Shown: piece after piece, positions 27,217-42,892 of the stretch
How positions within the stretch are numbered: the first letter of the stretch is position 1
Layout: each line of letters starts with the position of its first letter
Assembly: GCA_009914755.4 (NCBI GenBank)
Contig: CP068257.2
Coordinates: 40,960,001 to 41,024,000, forward strand
Length of the DNA stretch: 64,000 bases
DNA from: the human T2T-CHM13v2.0 reference genome, Homo sapiens
Reading direction: 5' to 3'
Notes under the pieces: model-generated
What the model was told of the DNA's origin: nothing
Seen by the model: the letters and a program-made list of their open reading frames with translations, nothing else
Databases searched by the model: none
Program-made: the position numbers and the translations under genes

Positions 27217-28867
27217 CCCTCTTTAAAGGGCAGCTTGCTGAGACTGGAGTATGGCAGCCAGGCGATTTGGGCTGGCCCCACAGGCAGAGCAGACACCTCC
27301 ATGAACTGAGGCCGGGCTTGTCCCTCCCTCCTCAGTTCACCAGAAGGTTCCTCCACTGGGGCTGTGGGGACTGCTGTGGAGGGTGGGGGGGGTACTGGGC
27401 AGCTGCCGCTGCTTGGCCTCCTGCTCCTGCTTCTGCTGCTGCCACACGCACACTCCCACCTGTGATGGGTTATTTCTGAGTCCCCAACCTCATGACCCAG
27501 GGGTGAGACAGAATCCAGCTCATCTGAGCAGTTCCACATGCACAATCAGGTATTCCATCACCCCAGGCCCCAGGAGCACATCAGCAGGGACTTTTCAGAA
27601 TTTTTTGCAGAATCCTCTGCCGCAGATGGCACGGCTTTGTTTCTGAATCCCAGGGGCCTGCACTGTGATTCTGGCATAGTGGCTTGCCATAAACACACAG
27701 CATTGCTTTCCCACGTCTGATACCTCTCATAACACAGGGTCCGACCAGCTGCAGGGCCTGAGTCACAGGGCTGCCAGCACTGCAGCCTCGACCTGCTGCA
27801 GGCTCAGGGAAGGCCGACAGCTTCTCCTATCAATGGTACATAGGCTGGAGTAGTCTTCATGTGTGTGGAACGTGCTGCCTCCAGAAGGCGTACTGGCATT
27901 GTCTGTCTCTCTTGGTCATGGGAGATGCAAGATGCAGTAATTGGCTCTTTGCTGTGGACGGGAGGCCCAATATGCTCCTGGTTATGGGATATGGGACCTC
28001 CCCACCAAGAGTGTTATTAGTGGCAGTTCCCAGAATCTTTGTAGGATTTGTCTGCCAGCTGCAGGCACTCAGGCATCTTACCAAGACTCCCAGTGTGTTA
28101 GCTGCTTCTTGGTTAGCACCCGGCCAGCGCAATGTAATCAATGTGGTGGGCCAGTGCCATGCTCTTTGGGATATCCAGCTTGTCCAGCTCTCTCTGGGCT
28201 TCCTTAGGGCATAGAATACATGGTTTATTAGCACATAACACTGAGGCAAAGCCAAGGTCCACTGTTATTCATCCTATGTGAAGGCAGGCTCTTTCGGATG
28301 CTCTTTCCTCGTAGGAATAGAAAAGAATGCACTTGCCATCTCAGTGGGGCAGAGCACACACCTGAGGCTGTGTTGATCCACCTTGACCGAGATCCCGCGC
28401 CTGGCAGGGCAGCTGCCGCTGTGGATTCTCCTTGGTGCAGCTTGCTGAAGTCCACTGTCTTCCTCCAGGAGTCTCCTATTTCTGCAGAGGCCAGCCTGGT
28501 AAATTAAATAGAGATACATTGAAGACCACCACCCCTATCCTTCAGCTCCTTAAGAGTAAAACTGAGTCACAACAGCTTGCATAAATCCTGTTTAAACATT
28601 TCAACTTACATAATCCTATCAACTTTTCATTTGTATGCTGTGGTCCTATTAGGGGTGGAAAATATCTGAGTCTCATGGTACCACATATGTTACCAGTGGA
28701 GGTATCCGAGTTATTGGCAGTGAATCCTTATGGGTCTGCAGCAACCTCAATTCTTGCCTCCTCAGAAGAAAGAATTAGACTGAGGGGCATAAGGCAAAAA
28801 AAGACACCAAGGCAACTTTCAGAAGAGGAATGGAAGTTTCTTTCAAAAGGCTTTAGAACAGGAAAGA

Positions 28868-29227
<360 letters not shown>

Positions 29228-29982
29228 TTAACCATGATCCTAGGACTTTCCAGGCTGGCCCCTTTCCCATGGTTCTTCCCTTAGGATGGGCTGCCCGCAT
29301 GCACATGCCCCCCTTACCCTTGGGAGGTGAGCACACACAGTGTGTTTAGGAAGTGGTACGCATGTCCCTCTGAGGCTTTCTTCCCTTTTCCTGTGGTGTG
29401 CCCCTGGAAGGTCACATTCTGCCATTTTGTTTCTTAATGCACATGGCTGGGAAGGTGCTTCTCCCTGGCGCCTGCATTCAGTGAACACTTTAGTGCAACA
29501 GGTGTAGACCATCAGGAAATGGCCTCTCGCTGGTGCCGGCTGCCAATTTATCCCTTTTAGAGAGACAATGTGATCATTGCCAAAGCATCACCTGACGTTC
29601 CTAGTGGGTGGGAGAAGAGCTCTCTCCTCCCTCTGCTCATGAGTGTCTAACTATACCTGTAACAGCACCAGGAACTTCTTTTTTCAACCCCCAGACCATT
29701 CTTCCCTCTCTTGTAAAAAAGATTTAGGTTCCCAGCAGGGGCTGAGCCAAGGGTCTCTCTTGCCAAACTTTAATCTGGACTTATCTGCATCAGCATTGCC
29801 CTAGGTAACTATTGCTCAGCTTTCTCATTGCAATCTTTGCCCTCTGATTTTTTTTTTTAATTTATCCAATCTGGGATAAATACAGAAAACTGGTTTGGGG
29901 CCCTTTAACATTGTGGGGGCCAGTGGAGGCTTCCTTTGGTTCACCCAACTTTTGACAGCATTGATTAAGACCTTTGTTTCTG

Positions 29983-30274
29983 CTGGGCGTGGTGGCTCAC
30001 ACCTGTAATCCCAGCACTTTGGAAGGCTGAGGTGGGTGAATCATTTAAGGTCAGGAGTTTGAGACCATCCTGGCCAACATGGCAAAACCCTGTCTCTACT
30101 AAAAAATACAAAAAAATTAGCAGGGCATGTTGGTGCACGCCTATAGTCCCAGCTACTCGGGAAGCTGAGGCAAACGACTTGCTTGAACCTGGGAGGCTGA
30201 GGTTGCAGTGAGCAGCTGAGATTGTGCAGTGCCAGCCTGGGCAACAGAGCAAGACTAAATCTCAAAAAAAAAAA
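29983..30274 (+). mobile_element. Alu SINE
   Basis: ctgggcgtggtggctcacacctgtaatcccagcactttggaaggctgaggtggg ... poly(A). Confidence 0.9.
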
Positions 30275-30328
30275 GAAAAACTTTTATTTTAACTCCATCA
30301 ATTTCCATTTTATTCTTTTGCCGCTATA

Positions 30329-30775
30329 AAATATTTGAAGAGATTTATTCTGTGCCAAATCTGAGTGACCATGGCCTGTGACACAGCCCTCAGGAGTTCC
30401 TGAGAACATGTGCCCAAGGTGGTCGGGGCACAGCTTGTTTTTATATATTTTAGGGAGGCATGAGACATCAATCAAATACATTTAAGAAATACATTGGTTT
30501 GGTTCAGAGAGGCGGGACAACTCAAAGCGGGGCCTTCCAGGCTATAGGTAAATTTAAACATTTTCTGGTTGACAATTGGTTGAGTTTATCTGAAGACCTG
30601 GGATCAATGGAAAGGAATGTTTAGGTTAAGGTAAAGGATTGTGGAGACCAAGTTTTATTGTGCAGAGGAATCGCTCAGATAGCAGACTTCAGAGAGAGAG
30701 AGAGCAGGTTGTAAAATGTTTCTTTTCAGACCTAAAAGGGTGCCTGGCTCTTAGTTGATTATCTCCGGGATCTGG
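30329..30775 (+). mobile_element. Unclassified interspersed repeat, probably an ERV-derived solo LTR (copy 1 of 4 in the window)
   Basis: About 85-90% similar to copies at 35631-36395 (+), 36590-36945 (-) and 53100-53480 (-). Shared core: tgtgacacagccctcaggagttcctgagaacatgtgcccaaggtggtcggggcacagcttg(t/g)ttttata(t/c)attttagggag(g/a)catgagacatcaatcaaata. I cannot assign a family name. Confidence 0.55.
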
Positions 30776-31199
30776 AAAAAAAGGGAAGGAAAACAAAGTG
30801 GGAAGGGCATTCTCTATAGAATGCGGATTTTTCCCACAAGAGACTTTGCAGGGCAATTTCAAGGTATGGCAAGGAAATATATTTTGGGGTTAAATATTTT
30901 TTTCCTTGTCTCATAATGTTATGCCAGAGTCAGATTGAAAGTAAGTCACAATATATAGGGTTAAATAAAACCCACCTGATGAGAATTTATGGTTTGTAGG
31001 GCATGATTCCCCAGACCCCTTAAGTAGGAATTTGGGCAAGATAAAAAATAAGAAAAAATAAGTCCTCCATTCATTCCATTTCTTAGTAATTATCTAAAGA
31101 TTGCCACCCTGGGATAAGCCCCAAGACTCTCTCGTCTTTCCTCTTAGCCTCATCTATCAATTTTTAAAAATTTATTTACCGTATTTTTATTTTATTTTT

Positions 31200-31511
31200 T
31201 ATTTTTTATTTTTTTGAGACGGAGTTTCGCTCTTTCACCCAGGCTGGAGTGAAGTGGCGTGATCTCAGCTCACTACAACCTCCGTCCCCCCGGGTTCAAG
31301 TGATTCTCCTTCCTCAGCCTCCTGAGTAGCTGGGATTATAGGCACCTGCCACCACGCCCGGCTAATTTTTGTGTGTGTGTTTATTTTTAGTAGAGATGGG
31401 GTTTCTCCATGTTGGCCAGGCTGGTCTTGAATTCCTGACCTCAGGTGATCCACCTGCCTCGGCCTCCCAAAGTGCTAGGATTACAGGCGTGAGCCACCAC
31501 GGTACCTGGCC
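31200..31511 (-). mobile_element. Alu SINE (minus orientation)
   Basis: T-rich leader then gagacggagtttcgctctttcacccaggctggagtgaagtggcgtgatctcagctcac ... ggattacaggcgtgagccaccacggtacctggcc. Confidence 0.9.
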
Positions 31512-32574
31512 TATTTACCTTATTTTTAAATAACCATTTAAAAATGTCCACTTCCCTTTGATGGATTCTGACTCTTCCTTTTGCCTTTCCCCTGCTCTTA
31601 ACTAACCTCATGTTTTTATCAGCATCTGTAAGACCCATGAGAAGAAACCAGCTGCTTCATCTGAGGTGCTGCACTTGGCATTTATATTGGAGTCAGACCG
31701 TCCCTTCTCAGGGTAAACAGACCTTCCAGTGCCTTTTATCCGGTTCCCCAGGCTGGCTGCTCCCTCAGGAATACTCTCCTGTGTGTCTGGATTGTGTATA
31801 CCCAGCTGCATTGTTCAGTGGTGAGTGTGGGTCCTGCATCAACCCAAACATGCTCTTTCCCTCTGCAGCATTTTAAACCAGAGACACTGCTCCCAAATTA
31901 GTCACTCTCACAATCCATTTTCATAAAGGTTCTTCAGGGAGCTGATGATCCAGATCTACAAAATGGAACAATTCCTTCACACGCCCCTCTAGTTTCAATA
32001 GTCGCTTGCTTTTTCCCTTCCCGAACATTGACTATCTTCTTGGTAACTACAGGTCTCAAAGGTAATTTCTTTTGTTCCTGGCATAATTTTCCCGTTTGTG
32101 GGTAGCTTTGAGGCTGGTGATCTGAGCTCAGACAGACTCACATCTGAGCTCAGACAGACCCAGATCTGAGCTTGGTCCAGCCCCAAGGCCCAACCCAGCA
32201 TTCTCTTCCTTTCATTTTGAAACAATCTTTAAATATCCTCTATTCTACATTAAATTGCTTTTCCTTTCAGCAAAAACCACGTTTTTATAACCTTTACCAA
32301 ACACACTCTGAGTAATCCCAATTTCTGCTGAAAACCCTAGGATTAATTTAACATAACATGACTTTAAGATCTTAAATTCCTGAAGAGAATTTTGAAACTG
32401 GTTTTATTTACCATAGATTACCAAAATCACATGTGCTAAAAGGCATTCGAGCTACCATCTATTTTTCTGATAAAATATTTGATTTAAGCATGTAAATGTT
32501 CTCCTTCATATATTTTGGTAGTGCTGGGAATGCAAAATGCTTGTTCCCTGGTGCCATAAAGAAATAGCACTTGA

Positions 32575-32874
<300 letters not shown>

Positions 32875-34388
32875 GAAATATCACTTGAACATAAATTTAA
32901 TTCTCTCAGCAAGGCAATTTTCACTTTCTGCAGAAAGGGTACACTCACCAGCAGTCTTGCCACAAGAGTACACCAAACAAAGGAAAAGCAGATGTATTTA
33001 TCCCTTACGTATTTGGGTCATCCTTACTGCTGTGTCCTGCATCCATTGGCTGGAGCCGAACCTCACAGTCTAAACTGACACTCGACTTGCTAACAACCTA
33101 AAACTTTCTTAAATAGGTAAAGGCAAAGGGAGAACAAAGGAAAGGAGGAAGTTGCTTATGAAAGATTTAAAGAAGCAATAACATTTCCAAATAAGGAAGG
33201 GGCATAGGCTGTGAGCTGGAACGTGCCTGTGAGCATGTCCAACAGCTACATAGGATAGGGCTTAACAAAGAGTTATTAGCACAAAGCAAGGAGGCTTGAA
33301 GAAAGTCAGTCTTTAAAAGAAACTATTATTTCTAACACTTATGATTTATTCTTTAACAGGAAGGGAAACTTTGAAGAGGAAACTTTTTACTTTCTACAGT
33401 AGCGAAGTGTCACATACGCATGACACATATGTAGACGTAGCAGACACAGCAGCAGATCTTATACATTTAATAAGATTTTTCTTTTGCCATTTTTTAAAGA
33501 TTCTCCCTCACTTTAGACTATTAATCTCTTGATTTCCTGTTTCATGCCCTAAACAAATGTTAGGGAGAAAATTCTAAATCTGCATCTCCCAAGACAGGAC
33601 TCTGGGGAAACAGGTAGAAAGGAACAGAACTTCAATCTAAGCAAAAGCAAGGTCTGTTATGTAGACTTTAAGCCATTGTCTTCTCCATAGAGAAAGTTTC
33701 TAGTGGTTTCAGTACGGAGACAGACACGCCCTTACAAATGGAGATTCCCTCTAAAGATGTACATTTCCTTTACAAAGCGTGTTGAAGGCTGATTCGTTGG
33801 ATAGGCGGTCTTTTCAATTTAGCTTGTTTCTTAATTAGATTACTGGCTTTAAGGTAGAGCCCTTTAAGGACCAGGACCAAGAAAGCATGCAGGTTTTAGG
33901 ACCTAAACCACGACTTTCTTATTCAAACGTGCAAACACCCAAGTACCCCCGTATCAATGATCGTTTCCATTGCACGACTGTCCTGAGCCACCTCCAACAC
34001 TATGGCTTTCACCCGCCATCAACCACCAGCCATCACACACATCAAGGTCAAGTCCTCTCACAGTGCCAAGCAGTCTCTAGTGCCCTACAAACAGCCAGCG
34101 AGCCCAGTAACACAGTACAAGAGAGCAGAGCCCTAGACCTGAGGGGAACCTGTCTGCTTACAACCTAGGATGCCACGAGGAAAAACAGGTTCCTCCCAAA
34201 GAGAGGAGACTGGTGCCTTTTCCCTGTTCCCCAAGGATCCTAGGCTGTCAGAAATTTCCTTGTTTAGGTCCTCATGTGTCATTGAAGGTTGCAAGAGGAA
34301 AGAGGGACAGACAGAAGCAAACAGAGAAACAGACAGGGTTCTCGACTGAGAAGTTTTACAGAGAGCAGAGGCCGTAAAGCAATAAGCA

Positions 34389-34691
34389 AGCCGGGCGCAG
34401 TGGTGCAAGCCTGTAATCCCAGCACTTTGGGAGGCTGAAGTGGGTGAATCACCTGAGGTCAGGGGTTCGAGACCAGCCTGACCAACATGGTGAAACCCAA
34501 CTCTACTAAAAATACAAAAATTAGCCGGGCATGGTGGCGGACGCCTGTAGTCCCAGCTACTCTGGAGGCTGAGGCAGGAGAATTGCTTGAACTTGGGAGA
34601 CGGAGGTGCAGTGAGCCAAGATCTCACCACTGTACTCTAGCCTCTAGCCCGGGTGATGGAGCAAGACTCCGTCTAAAAAAAAAAAAAAAAA
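34389..34691 (+). mobile_element. Alu SINE
   Basis: gccgggcgcagtggtgcaagcctgtaatcccagcactttgggaggctgaagtgggtgaatcacctgaggtcagg ... A18. Confidence 0.95.
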
Positions 34692-35630
34692 TAGCAATAA
34701 GCAATAGGCGTGAACACATATACAACCCACATGGCAGATTGAACCAAGTTACCTTTTGACTGCCAAGCTCTTTTAAAAACCTTTTCCCAGTTGTAATTCC
34801 TACCAAAGCCATTTTACTTTGCCTCTGCTGCTGGCTGGGCTCCATCACCAAACAGGCAGCCCCTAGAAGCAGCCATCCACAGCAGTAGCTGCTCACCACC
34901 CTTCCTTACCGCTATGTGATGGATGGCTCTCAGCTAATGATTGCTTTAAGCATGCCAGCAGTTTAGGGACATCACTGCATTCACACACATGCACCTAAAA
35001 GGCGAACCATGCTGCTCCACGTGGAAGTGGCTGCTGCCTGGGATTTCTCCCACAGATGCTTCATTCCCTTTGCACATTTCTTGGTCTCTCAGTCCACGTT
35101 TTACAGTGGGCAGGTCTAGGCAAACCAGCCCCAAAGTCCAAAGAAGCTGAGAAGCTGACACATTGAGTTTCTTAGAAATGTTTCATACGGACTTACAAAG
35201 AGAAGCCATGGCTGTGTCTCAGGTGGCAACGAGATGAGATGGTGGATCCCTACCCCTCAGCCCCAGACCCAGAGCTTATATAGCACAGGGAGGAGTGGTT
35301 CAGAAGGAATGTGCAGGATGATTGAAGGATGATAATGTCAAGGTTGTTTGACCTAAGGGCAGGACCTACAGTAAGTAGCTGCTCTTACACAGGGAGTGGT
35401 AGATAAACTGGAAATCTTAGAGGCCTCCTCAGAATGTTAATCATAAGCCAATGTAAACCAAAAATAAAATTCTAAGTCCCCCAGCCATCTGAATGAATGC
35501 CTCCTCTTGGCCAAGGGCATTCCAAAGTTAACCTGAAAAGCTAGTTCAGGCTGTGATGGGAATCAGGAGCCAGACATACCTTATTATCCCCTCCTCCCTT
35601 TTGGCATTACTAATAGAACTGGTGAACAAA

Positions 35631-36395
<765 letters not shown>

Positions 36396-36589
36396 ATGCT
36401 GGCGGGTACAATGAGGCACGTCTGACCCCCACTTCCTGTAATGGCCTAAACCAGTCTTTCAGGTTAAATTTAGAATGCCATGGCCTAGAAGGAAGTCCAT
36501 TCAGATGGTTGGGTGGCCTTCAAATTTTATTTTTGGTTTATAGAACAGAATTTTTAAGTCTAATAAGAAACATTTACAATCTATTGTCT

Positions 36590-36945
36590 CTGAAGGCTGC
36601 TACCTGGAGGCTTCACCTATGGTCTCCACAACCCCTTATCTTCACCCAGACATTCCTAAGTCTTTCAACAGTAACTTAACTCTTTCAACCGACTGCCAAT
36701 CAGAAAATCTTTGAATCTACCTATGACCTGGAAGCCCCCACCTTCCAGTTGTTCCACCTTTCCACACCAAACCAATGTACATCTTCCATTTATTTGAATA
36801 ATGTTTCATGTCTCCCATGACCACCTTGCACCCAGACCACCTTGAACGCATGTTCTCAGAACCTTCTAGGGCTGTGTCACAGGCCATGGTAACTCATATT
36901 TGGTTCAGAATAAATCTCTTCAAACATTTTAGAGTTTGACTCTTC
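36590..36945 (-). mobile_element. Same LTR-like interspersed repeat (copy 3), inverted relative to copy 2
   Basis: Reverse complement of the copy-2 sequence. ctctgaaggctgctacctggaggcttca is the reverse complement of tgaagcctctaggtagcaggcttcagag, and ...gaataaatctcttcaaacattttagagtttgactc is the reverse complement of ggagtcaaactctgtaaaatatttgaagagatttattc. Confidence 0.55.
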
Positions 36946-36957
36946 ATCAACACCAAT

Positions 36958-37316
36958 ATATTAGTCCTTTCTCACACTGCTATAAAGATACTACCTGATG
37001 CTGGGTAATTTATAAACAAAGGAGGTTTCATTGACTCACAGTTCCACATGGCTGCGGAGGCCTCAGGAAACTTACAATCATAGTGGAAGGTGAAGGGGAA
37101 GCAAGGCACAACTTACATGGCAGCAGGAGAGAGAATGAAGAGCGAACTGCTACTTATCAACTATCAGATCTTATGAAAACTCACTCACTATCATAAGAAC
37201 AGCATGGGGGAAATTGCCCCCATGATCCAATCACCTCCCACCAGGTCCCTCCCTCAACACGTGGGGATTGCAATTCGAGATCAGATTTGGGTGAGACACA
37301 GAGCCAAACCGTATCA
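36958..37316 (-). mobile_element. MaLR (THE1-type) solo LTR
   Basis: atattagtcctttctcacactgctataaagatactacctgatgctgggtaatttataaacaaaggaggtttcattgactcacag...gatttgggtgagacacagagccaaaccgtatca. Confidence 0.8.
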
Positions 37317-38134
37317 ACCAACATGGCAGATTAGCATCCAGGCTGGAGCTGCTGTGGCCTCCACAACCCTCTGTCTCAGTGCCATAATCTCTGGTGTATA
37401 AGAAAGATTTATGTTATTTCTCATTCATACTCCATGTGCACTGCGGTAGTTTTGGGGGCTTTTCTCTCACTCTGGGATCCACCCTAATGAAACAGCCACC
37501 ACCTTAAAGGTTGAAAGAGACCACGCCTCAGGGAATGAGACCTCTGATGCACATTACCTGTGCTCACAGCTCATTGGCCACAGCAGCCATGTGACCGCAC
37601 CCAACCACAAAGCTGCACAGCTCATTGGCCACAGCAGCCATGTGACCACACCCAACCACAAAGCTGCACTTGTATGAGGGCAAGACCAACTTCTTCAAAG
37701 CCAGTCACTCAAAGGGGATTCCTTAGAAAGGAATTCCCCAGGGTTGGTTGTCAACACTGGCTAGGACTTCCAGTACAATCTTACTCAGAAGCAGGAAGAG
37801 CAGCCATCATTGCCTCAAAGGAACATTTCACTTTTAATTATGATGGTTTCTGTAGGTTTTGGGGCATATATTTAATCAGATTAAAGAACTTCCATTATAG
37901 TCTAGTTCACTAAGAGTCCTTTTTTAAAATTACAAGTGTACATTGATTTTTTTCATGCCTTTTTCCTAATCTGAGATGGTTTAATCCTGCCTTTAATAGT
38001 TATAAAACTATTCACATTTCATTTATTATTAATTTTGGTAAGTATATTTCTGTTGTATATTTGTTTTCTATTTCAATAATTTCTGTTTTTTTCCTTCCTT
38101 CTACTTTGTTTGTATTTGTTTTTGTTCTAACTTC

Positions 38135-38240
38135 TTTCTTTTTTTGAAACTAGGTCTTGCTCTGTTGCCCAGGCTGGAGTGCAGTGTCACAATCATGGCT
38201 CACTGTGGCCTCCACCTCCCAGGTTTAAGCAATCCTCCTA
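38135..38240 (-). mobile_element. Truncated Alu fragment
   Basis: tttttgaaactaggtcttgctctgttgcccaggctggagtgcagtgtcacaatcatggctcactgtggcctccacctcccaggtttaagcaatcctcc, then the Alu homology stops. Confidence 0.75.
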
Positions 38241-38732
38241 CATACCTATATATGTGTGTATATGTATAATAGAATGAAAATATAACGAATTTAGAATTGT
38301 TATATCTTCCCGGTGAATAAAGCATCCTTCTTTGTCTCTAATATATTTGTCTCCAATAATTTTATGCCTAAAGTCAATTTTGTCTGATATTAGTATATGT
38401 ACATTAGCTTTCTTTTTCTGAGTATTGCCACATTATGCTTTTTCCATTATTTTATTTTAAGTCACTTTTATTCTTACGTTTTCGGTATTGTGGAATGCAG
38501 CAAAGCAATGCCTAGAGAGAAATATTGATCTTAAATGCATTTCTTCAGTTTAAAATTTTTTCTTAATCAATATTTTTTCAAGTATTTTTTCTGAGCATTC
38601 TTTTCCACTTCTCCTTTTCAGACTCCAGTAAATAGTTTTTAAAACTTCTCACAGTATCTTCTATGTTTTTTACCACCTCTTTTGAATGTTCAATTTTTAT
38701 GTCCCTATCCATGCTTGATTCTGGATAGTTTC

Positions 38733-39040
<308 letters not shown>

Positions 39041-39236
39041 TAATTTCTTTTATCCATTTTCAAGTTCACTAATTTTCTTATTAGCTGGCCCAATGTTCTG
39101 TTAAACCCATCCATTGAGTTCTTAATTTCAAAATTATATATTGCAGTTCTTAAATTTGTATATGAACTTTTTCAAATCTGTCATGTCTTTCTAAAATAGT
39201 TTAACGGTCTTACCTATTTAAAAGCTTTACCTGGTT

Positions 39237-39565
39237 GGCTGGGCACAGTGGCTCATGCCTGTAATCCCAGCACTTTGGGAGGCCAAGGCAGGCGGTCTCA
39301 AGTTCAGGTCAGGAACTCCTGAGGTCAGGAGTTCAAGACCAGCCTGGCCAACATGGCAAAACCCCATCTCTAGTAAAAATATGAAAATTAGCCGGGCATG
39401 GTGGCATGTACTTGTAATCCCACCTACTTGGGAGGCTGAAGCAGGAGAATCACTTGAACCCTGGGGTCAAAAGTTGCAGTGAGCCGAGATCACCCCACTG
39501 CACTCCAGCATGGGTGACAAAGTGAGACTCTGCCTCAAAAAAAATTAAAATAAAATAAAAAGAAA
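39237..39565 (+). mobile_element. Alu SINE with a clear 17-bp target-site duplication
   Basis: ggctgggcacagtggctcatgcctgtaatcccagcactttgggaggccaaggcaggcgg ... A-rich tail. Flanked by the direct repeat aaaagctttacctggtt at about 39220-39236 and 39563-39580. Confidence 0.95.
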
Positions 39566-40762
39566 AGCTTTACCTGGTTAATTTCAGTATCTGGAGCCCA
39601 TGATGGTTGAATTTTATTGTCCTCGTTTCTGTGGATTCTTGTCCACACTGTCTTTTCTTTTTGTGTGTTTGCTTATTTTAGATTGTGTGCTAGACATTGT
39701 ATTTGGAAAAAAAAATACATTTTGTGGACACAATCTGCTGATACACTCTTTCTCTGCAAATTTTTTGTAACTACCAAGCAACTGGGTATATTCACAATCT
39801 GGAATCATCTTAATCTAATTTTAGAAATTGAGATTTTTCTGGACCCTCGAGATATCTAAAAACTGAAATAAAGTTATTGAAATGATTTGTCTATTTCCGG
39901 CTTTTTTTTTTTCCTTAGATGTAATTCTTCAAAGTCCTAATGTGAAGAAGAAGGGTTGCTAAGACCCCCACCCTCAAAATTGGAGTGTCTCAGATGCTAA
40001 ATTTTGTCCTTTATTCCTACAGAATGGCAAAAACATATGGCTCCACCTCTTAACCATCTCTTCCATGACTAAAAAAACACTCCCAAGGAAAAATTGCCCC
40101 AAATGCTGGGTTCATTTGCCTGAATTTTTATCTTCTTCCTCATGTTGGCCCAGTAGTTTTTTGCTATCTCACTAGCCCATCAGTATTCAAGTATTTTTTT
40201 TTTAAGTATTTTGTTCAAAAGTTTCTGGCTATCTGCCAAAAGAAGGTTCGTCCATATTGCTTAGTTCACCATTACTAGAAAGAGAAGCTTTATACTGTCA
40301 TGCTCAGTAGAAATTTAAAAATAGCTCATCTTCTTCTGACACCAATACATCATAGCTTCGTATTTTCTCACTTTGACAGCCTGGTTATGCTGTTCTATAC
40401 TCTTGAATACAAGTGGGAAAAAACAATTTGGTCAAACTTTTTAAAAAGTTTGGATGCTTGAGCACAGACTAACCAAAAAGTCTGAATATGATGCATTCCA
40501 AAGATTCTGTGTCCACGGGGTGTCTAGAGTTCAGAATGCATGTTTCCATGCCTGACAGGCCAACCCACAGGAACCCCTCATGGGGCTGAGCTACGGAGGC
40601 TACAGCAGTGGCCCAAATTCTGTGTTATGGAAGCAGCAGGTACAGATAGAAAGAGAACTACAGGAGAAAGAAATGTGCCCCCTCTCATGCTAGGGCCCTC
40701 ACGCATGAAGGACCCCAGGAGAAAATGTCAGACAGGCCTTCCCTGGGGTTGGCATGTGCCCG

Positions 40763-41166
40763 CTGTATTAGTCTGTTCTTACACTGCTATAAAGAACTAC
40801 CTGAGACTGGGTAATTTATGAAAAAAAGCAGTTGAATTGACTCATAGTTCTGCAGGCTGTATAGGAAGCATGGCTGGGAGCGCCGCAGGAAACTTACAAT
40901 TATGGCAGAAGAGTGAAGGGGAAGCAAGCACCTTCTTCACGTGGCAGAGCAGGAGGAAGAGAATGAAGTTGGGGGCTGGTCGTGCTAGGCACTTTTAAAC
41001 AACCAGGTCTTGGAAGAACTCTATCAAGAGACAGCACCGGGGGATGGTACTAAACTATTAGAAACCACGCCATGATCCAGTCACCTCCCACCAGGCCCCA
41101 CCTCCAACACTGGAGAATTATAATTCAACATGGATTTGGGTAGGGACACAGAGCCAAACCACATCA
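40763..41166 (-). mobile_element. MaLR (MST/MLT-like) solo LTR
   Basis: ctgtattagtctgttcttacactgctataaagaactacctgagactgggtaatttatgaaaaaaagcagttgaattgactcatagttctgcaggctgtataggaagcatggctgggag...tggatttgggtagggacacagagccaaaccacatcac. It carries the extra caggctgtataggaagcatggctgg segment that is absent from the copy at 36958. Confidence 0.75.
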
Positions 41167-42892
41167 CCCACCTCTCTGCATTCTGAGCACACTGCTTCCC
41201 TTATTCCAAACTCTCCAGGTGCCCTGGGCCTTCCTGAGGTGCTCGGGACCCAATGAAGGGTCCCCATCCACCCTGTCCTCCCTGCTCAAAGTGCCCCATG
41301 CTCCCAAATCCAACCGTTCCCTCCAATAATAAAACCTCAAATTCTCTCCTTGCTGGCCACCTCCGTTCAGAGTTGAGGGAGGGAAGAAACTGCAAACTCA
41401 TACTAATCCCCTGCCAGTTTGTCTTAGTTTTCAAAGTGACTCTTCTTATAACAGGTGTAACAAGTGAATTGATCATTTCGGGCAAGGAAACAGAGCGGAG
41501 AGGAAGCCTGAAGGCAAAGTTGGGGAACCGATGTGGAGGCAACAGTTAGAGAGAAGGTCATTGAGGAGAGGGCACTTCCACTGCCGCCTCCCTCAGCGGG
41601 GTCCTGCCTTTCCAGCCCCTCTCCCTCCAAATCCCAGGATTCTCTCAGCGCCAGGGCCAGGGATTTACTTCCAGTGGTTCTGGGGGTGTCCATGTGGTAT
41701 TAAGGAGCCACAACTGACAGAGAAGATGGGATAGGGGCACTTGGGGGCTGCCCTGAGGCTCCTGGGACTTACTGGATTTATGAGGATTTATGAGAATTTA
41801 GGAACTAGGCATCCATAACCCTAGGAGTCTCTGGACTCATATTTTTAAGATTTTTGCCTCAGATAAATAAAATATTTTTATAGGCTACAACGTTGCTGCT
41901 TTTTTTCTGTTCTTTAAATCATCAGTTTAAAAATAAATTGCATTCAAGTTTTCATTCCTGGCAGGGTGCAGGGTTAAGCCGCCTACATTTGACTTTAACA
42001 GATGATTTCATTGCACTCAATTTTTTTATAAAACAGAAAACCTTCCTAGGTTGTTGCAACCACAAAGAGGAGGCTACTATATAAGAAGGTAAAGGATTCT
42101 TAACACACCGCAGAGCCGCACAGGTCTTTGTCGTTAGCCAAGCTGGATCCTGGCAACCACCTAGGACAGTCAACGTGGGGTTTTCTATTTTACAGGTGAA
42201 GAAAATGAGGCTTTCCGGTCTGGCTGCTCATCCAGGGCCCTGGTTCCCAGTACAGCGGGCCACGCTGGGCTAGGGTATTATCTGTGTGTCTGCATAACCC
42301 CCTCCCGTGGTTGACAGAGTTTGTCTGATCAAAGCATCTTTAGTGGAAAACCACACTCACCACAGGGCTATTTTCACACACCCAAACTTCGGAATACATT
42401 TTTTTTCCAGAGAGGACTTCTCTGGGACAAAGTAACACTTTTACATCCCACTGCTGGTCTGGGCAGTCAACTCCCTGATGTCTCGGTTTCTGAACATACC
42501 TTGGCAAACTCCAAGAGGAGTCCAGGCGAGAGGAATGGTCCTGTGTAGGCAGAGACGCCCCAGGCAGTGCCGGAGCTGAGCTTCCCAGGCAGACCCTGTT
42601 GCCCTGGATCTCACCCCGGGTCTAGCCCTGCTGGCAGACCTGTGAGGTGTTCCTGAATTGGGTTCAGATGTCCCCCCAGACCAGCCCTCTTACAGGCAAA
42701 GCCTGTCCCAATGCTGGCCCGTACCTGTTGTCACAGGACCTGAGCTTTAGGGGATTTCGCAATTTCAGATGAGGAAGCTGATTAATGAGTGGCTCAGAAC
42801 ATGGAGGACGCTGGGAGCAGAGCCGAGCAAGGCAACCTGCAGCCCGTTCCTGCCCCATCAGATGCGCCTCGGGGCTCGGGGCTGCACGTAGT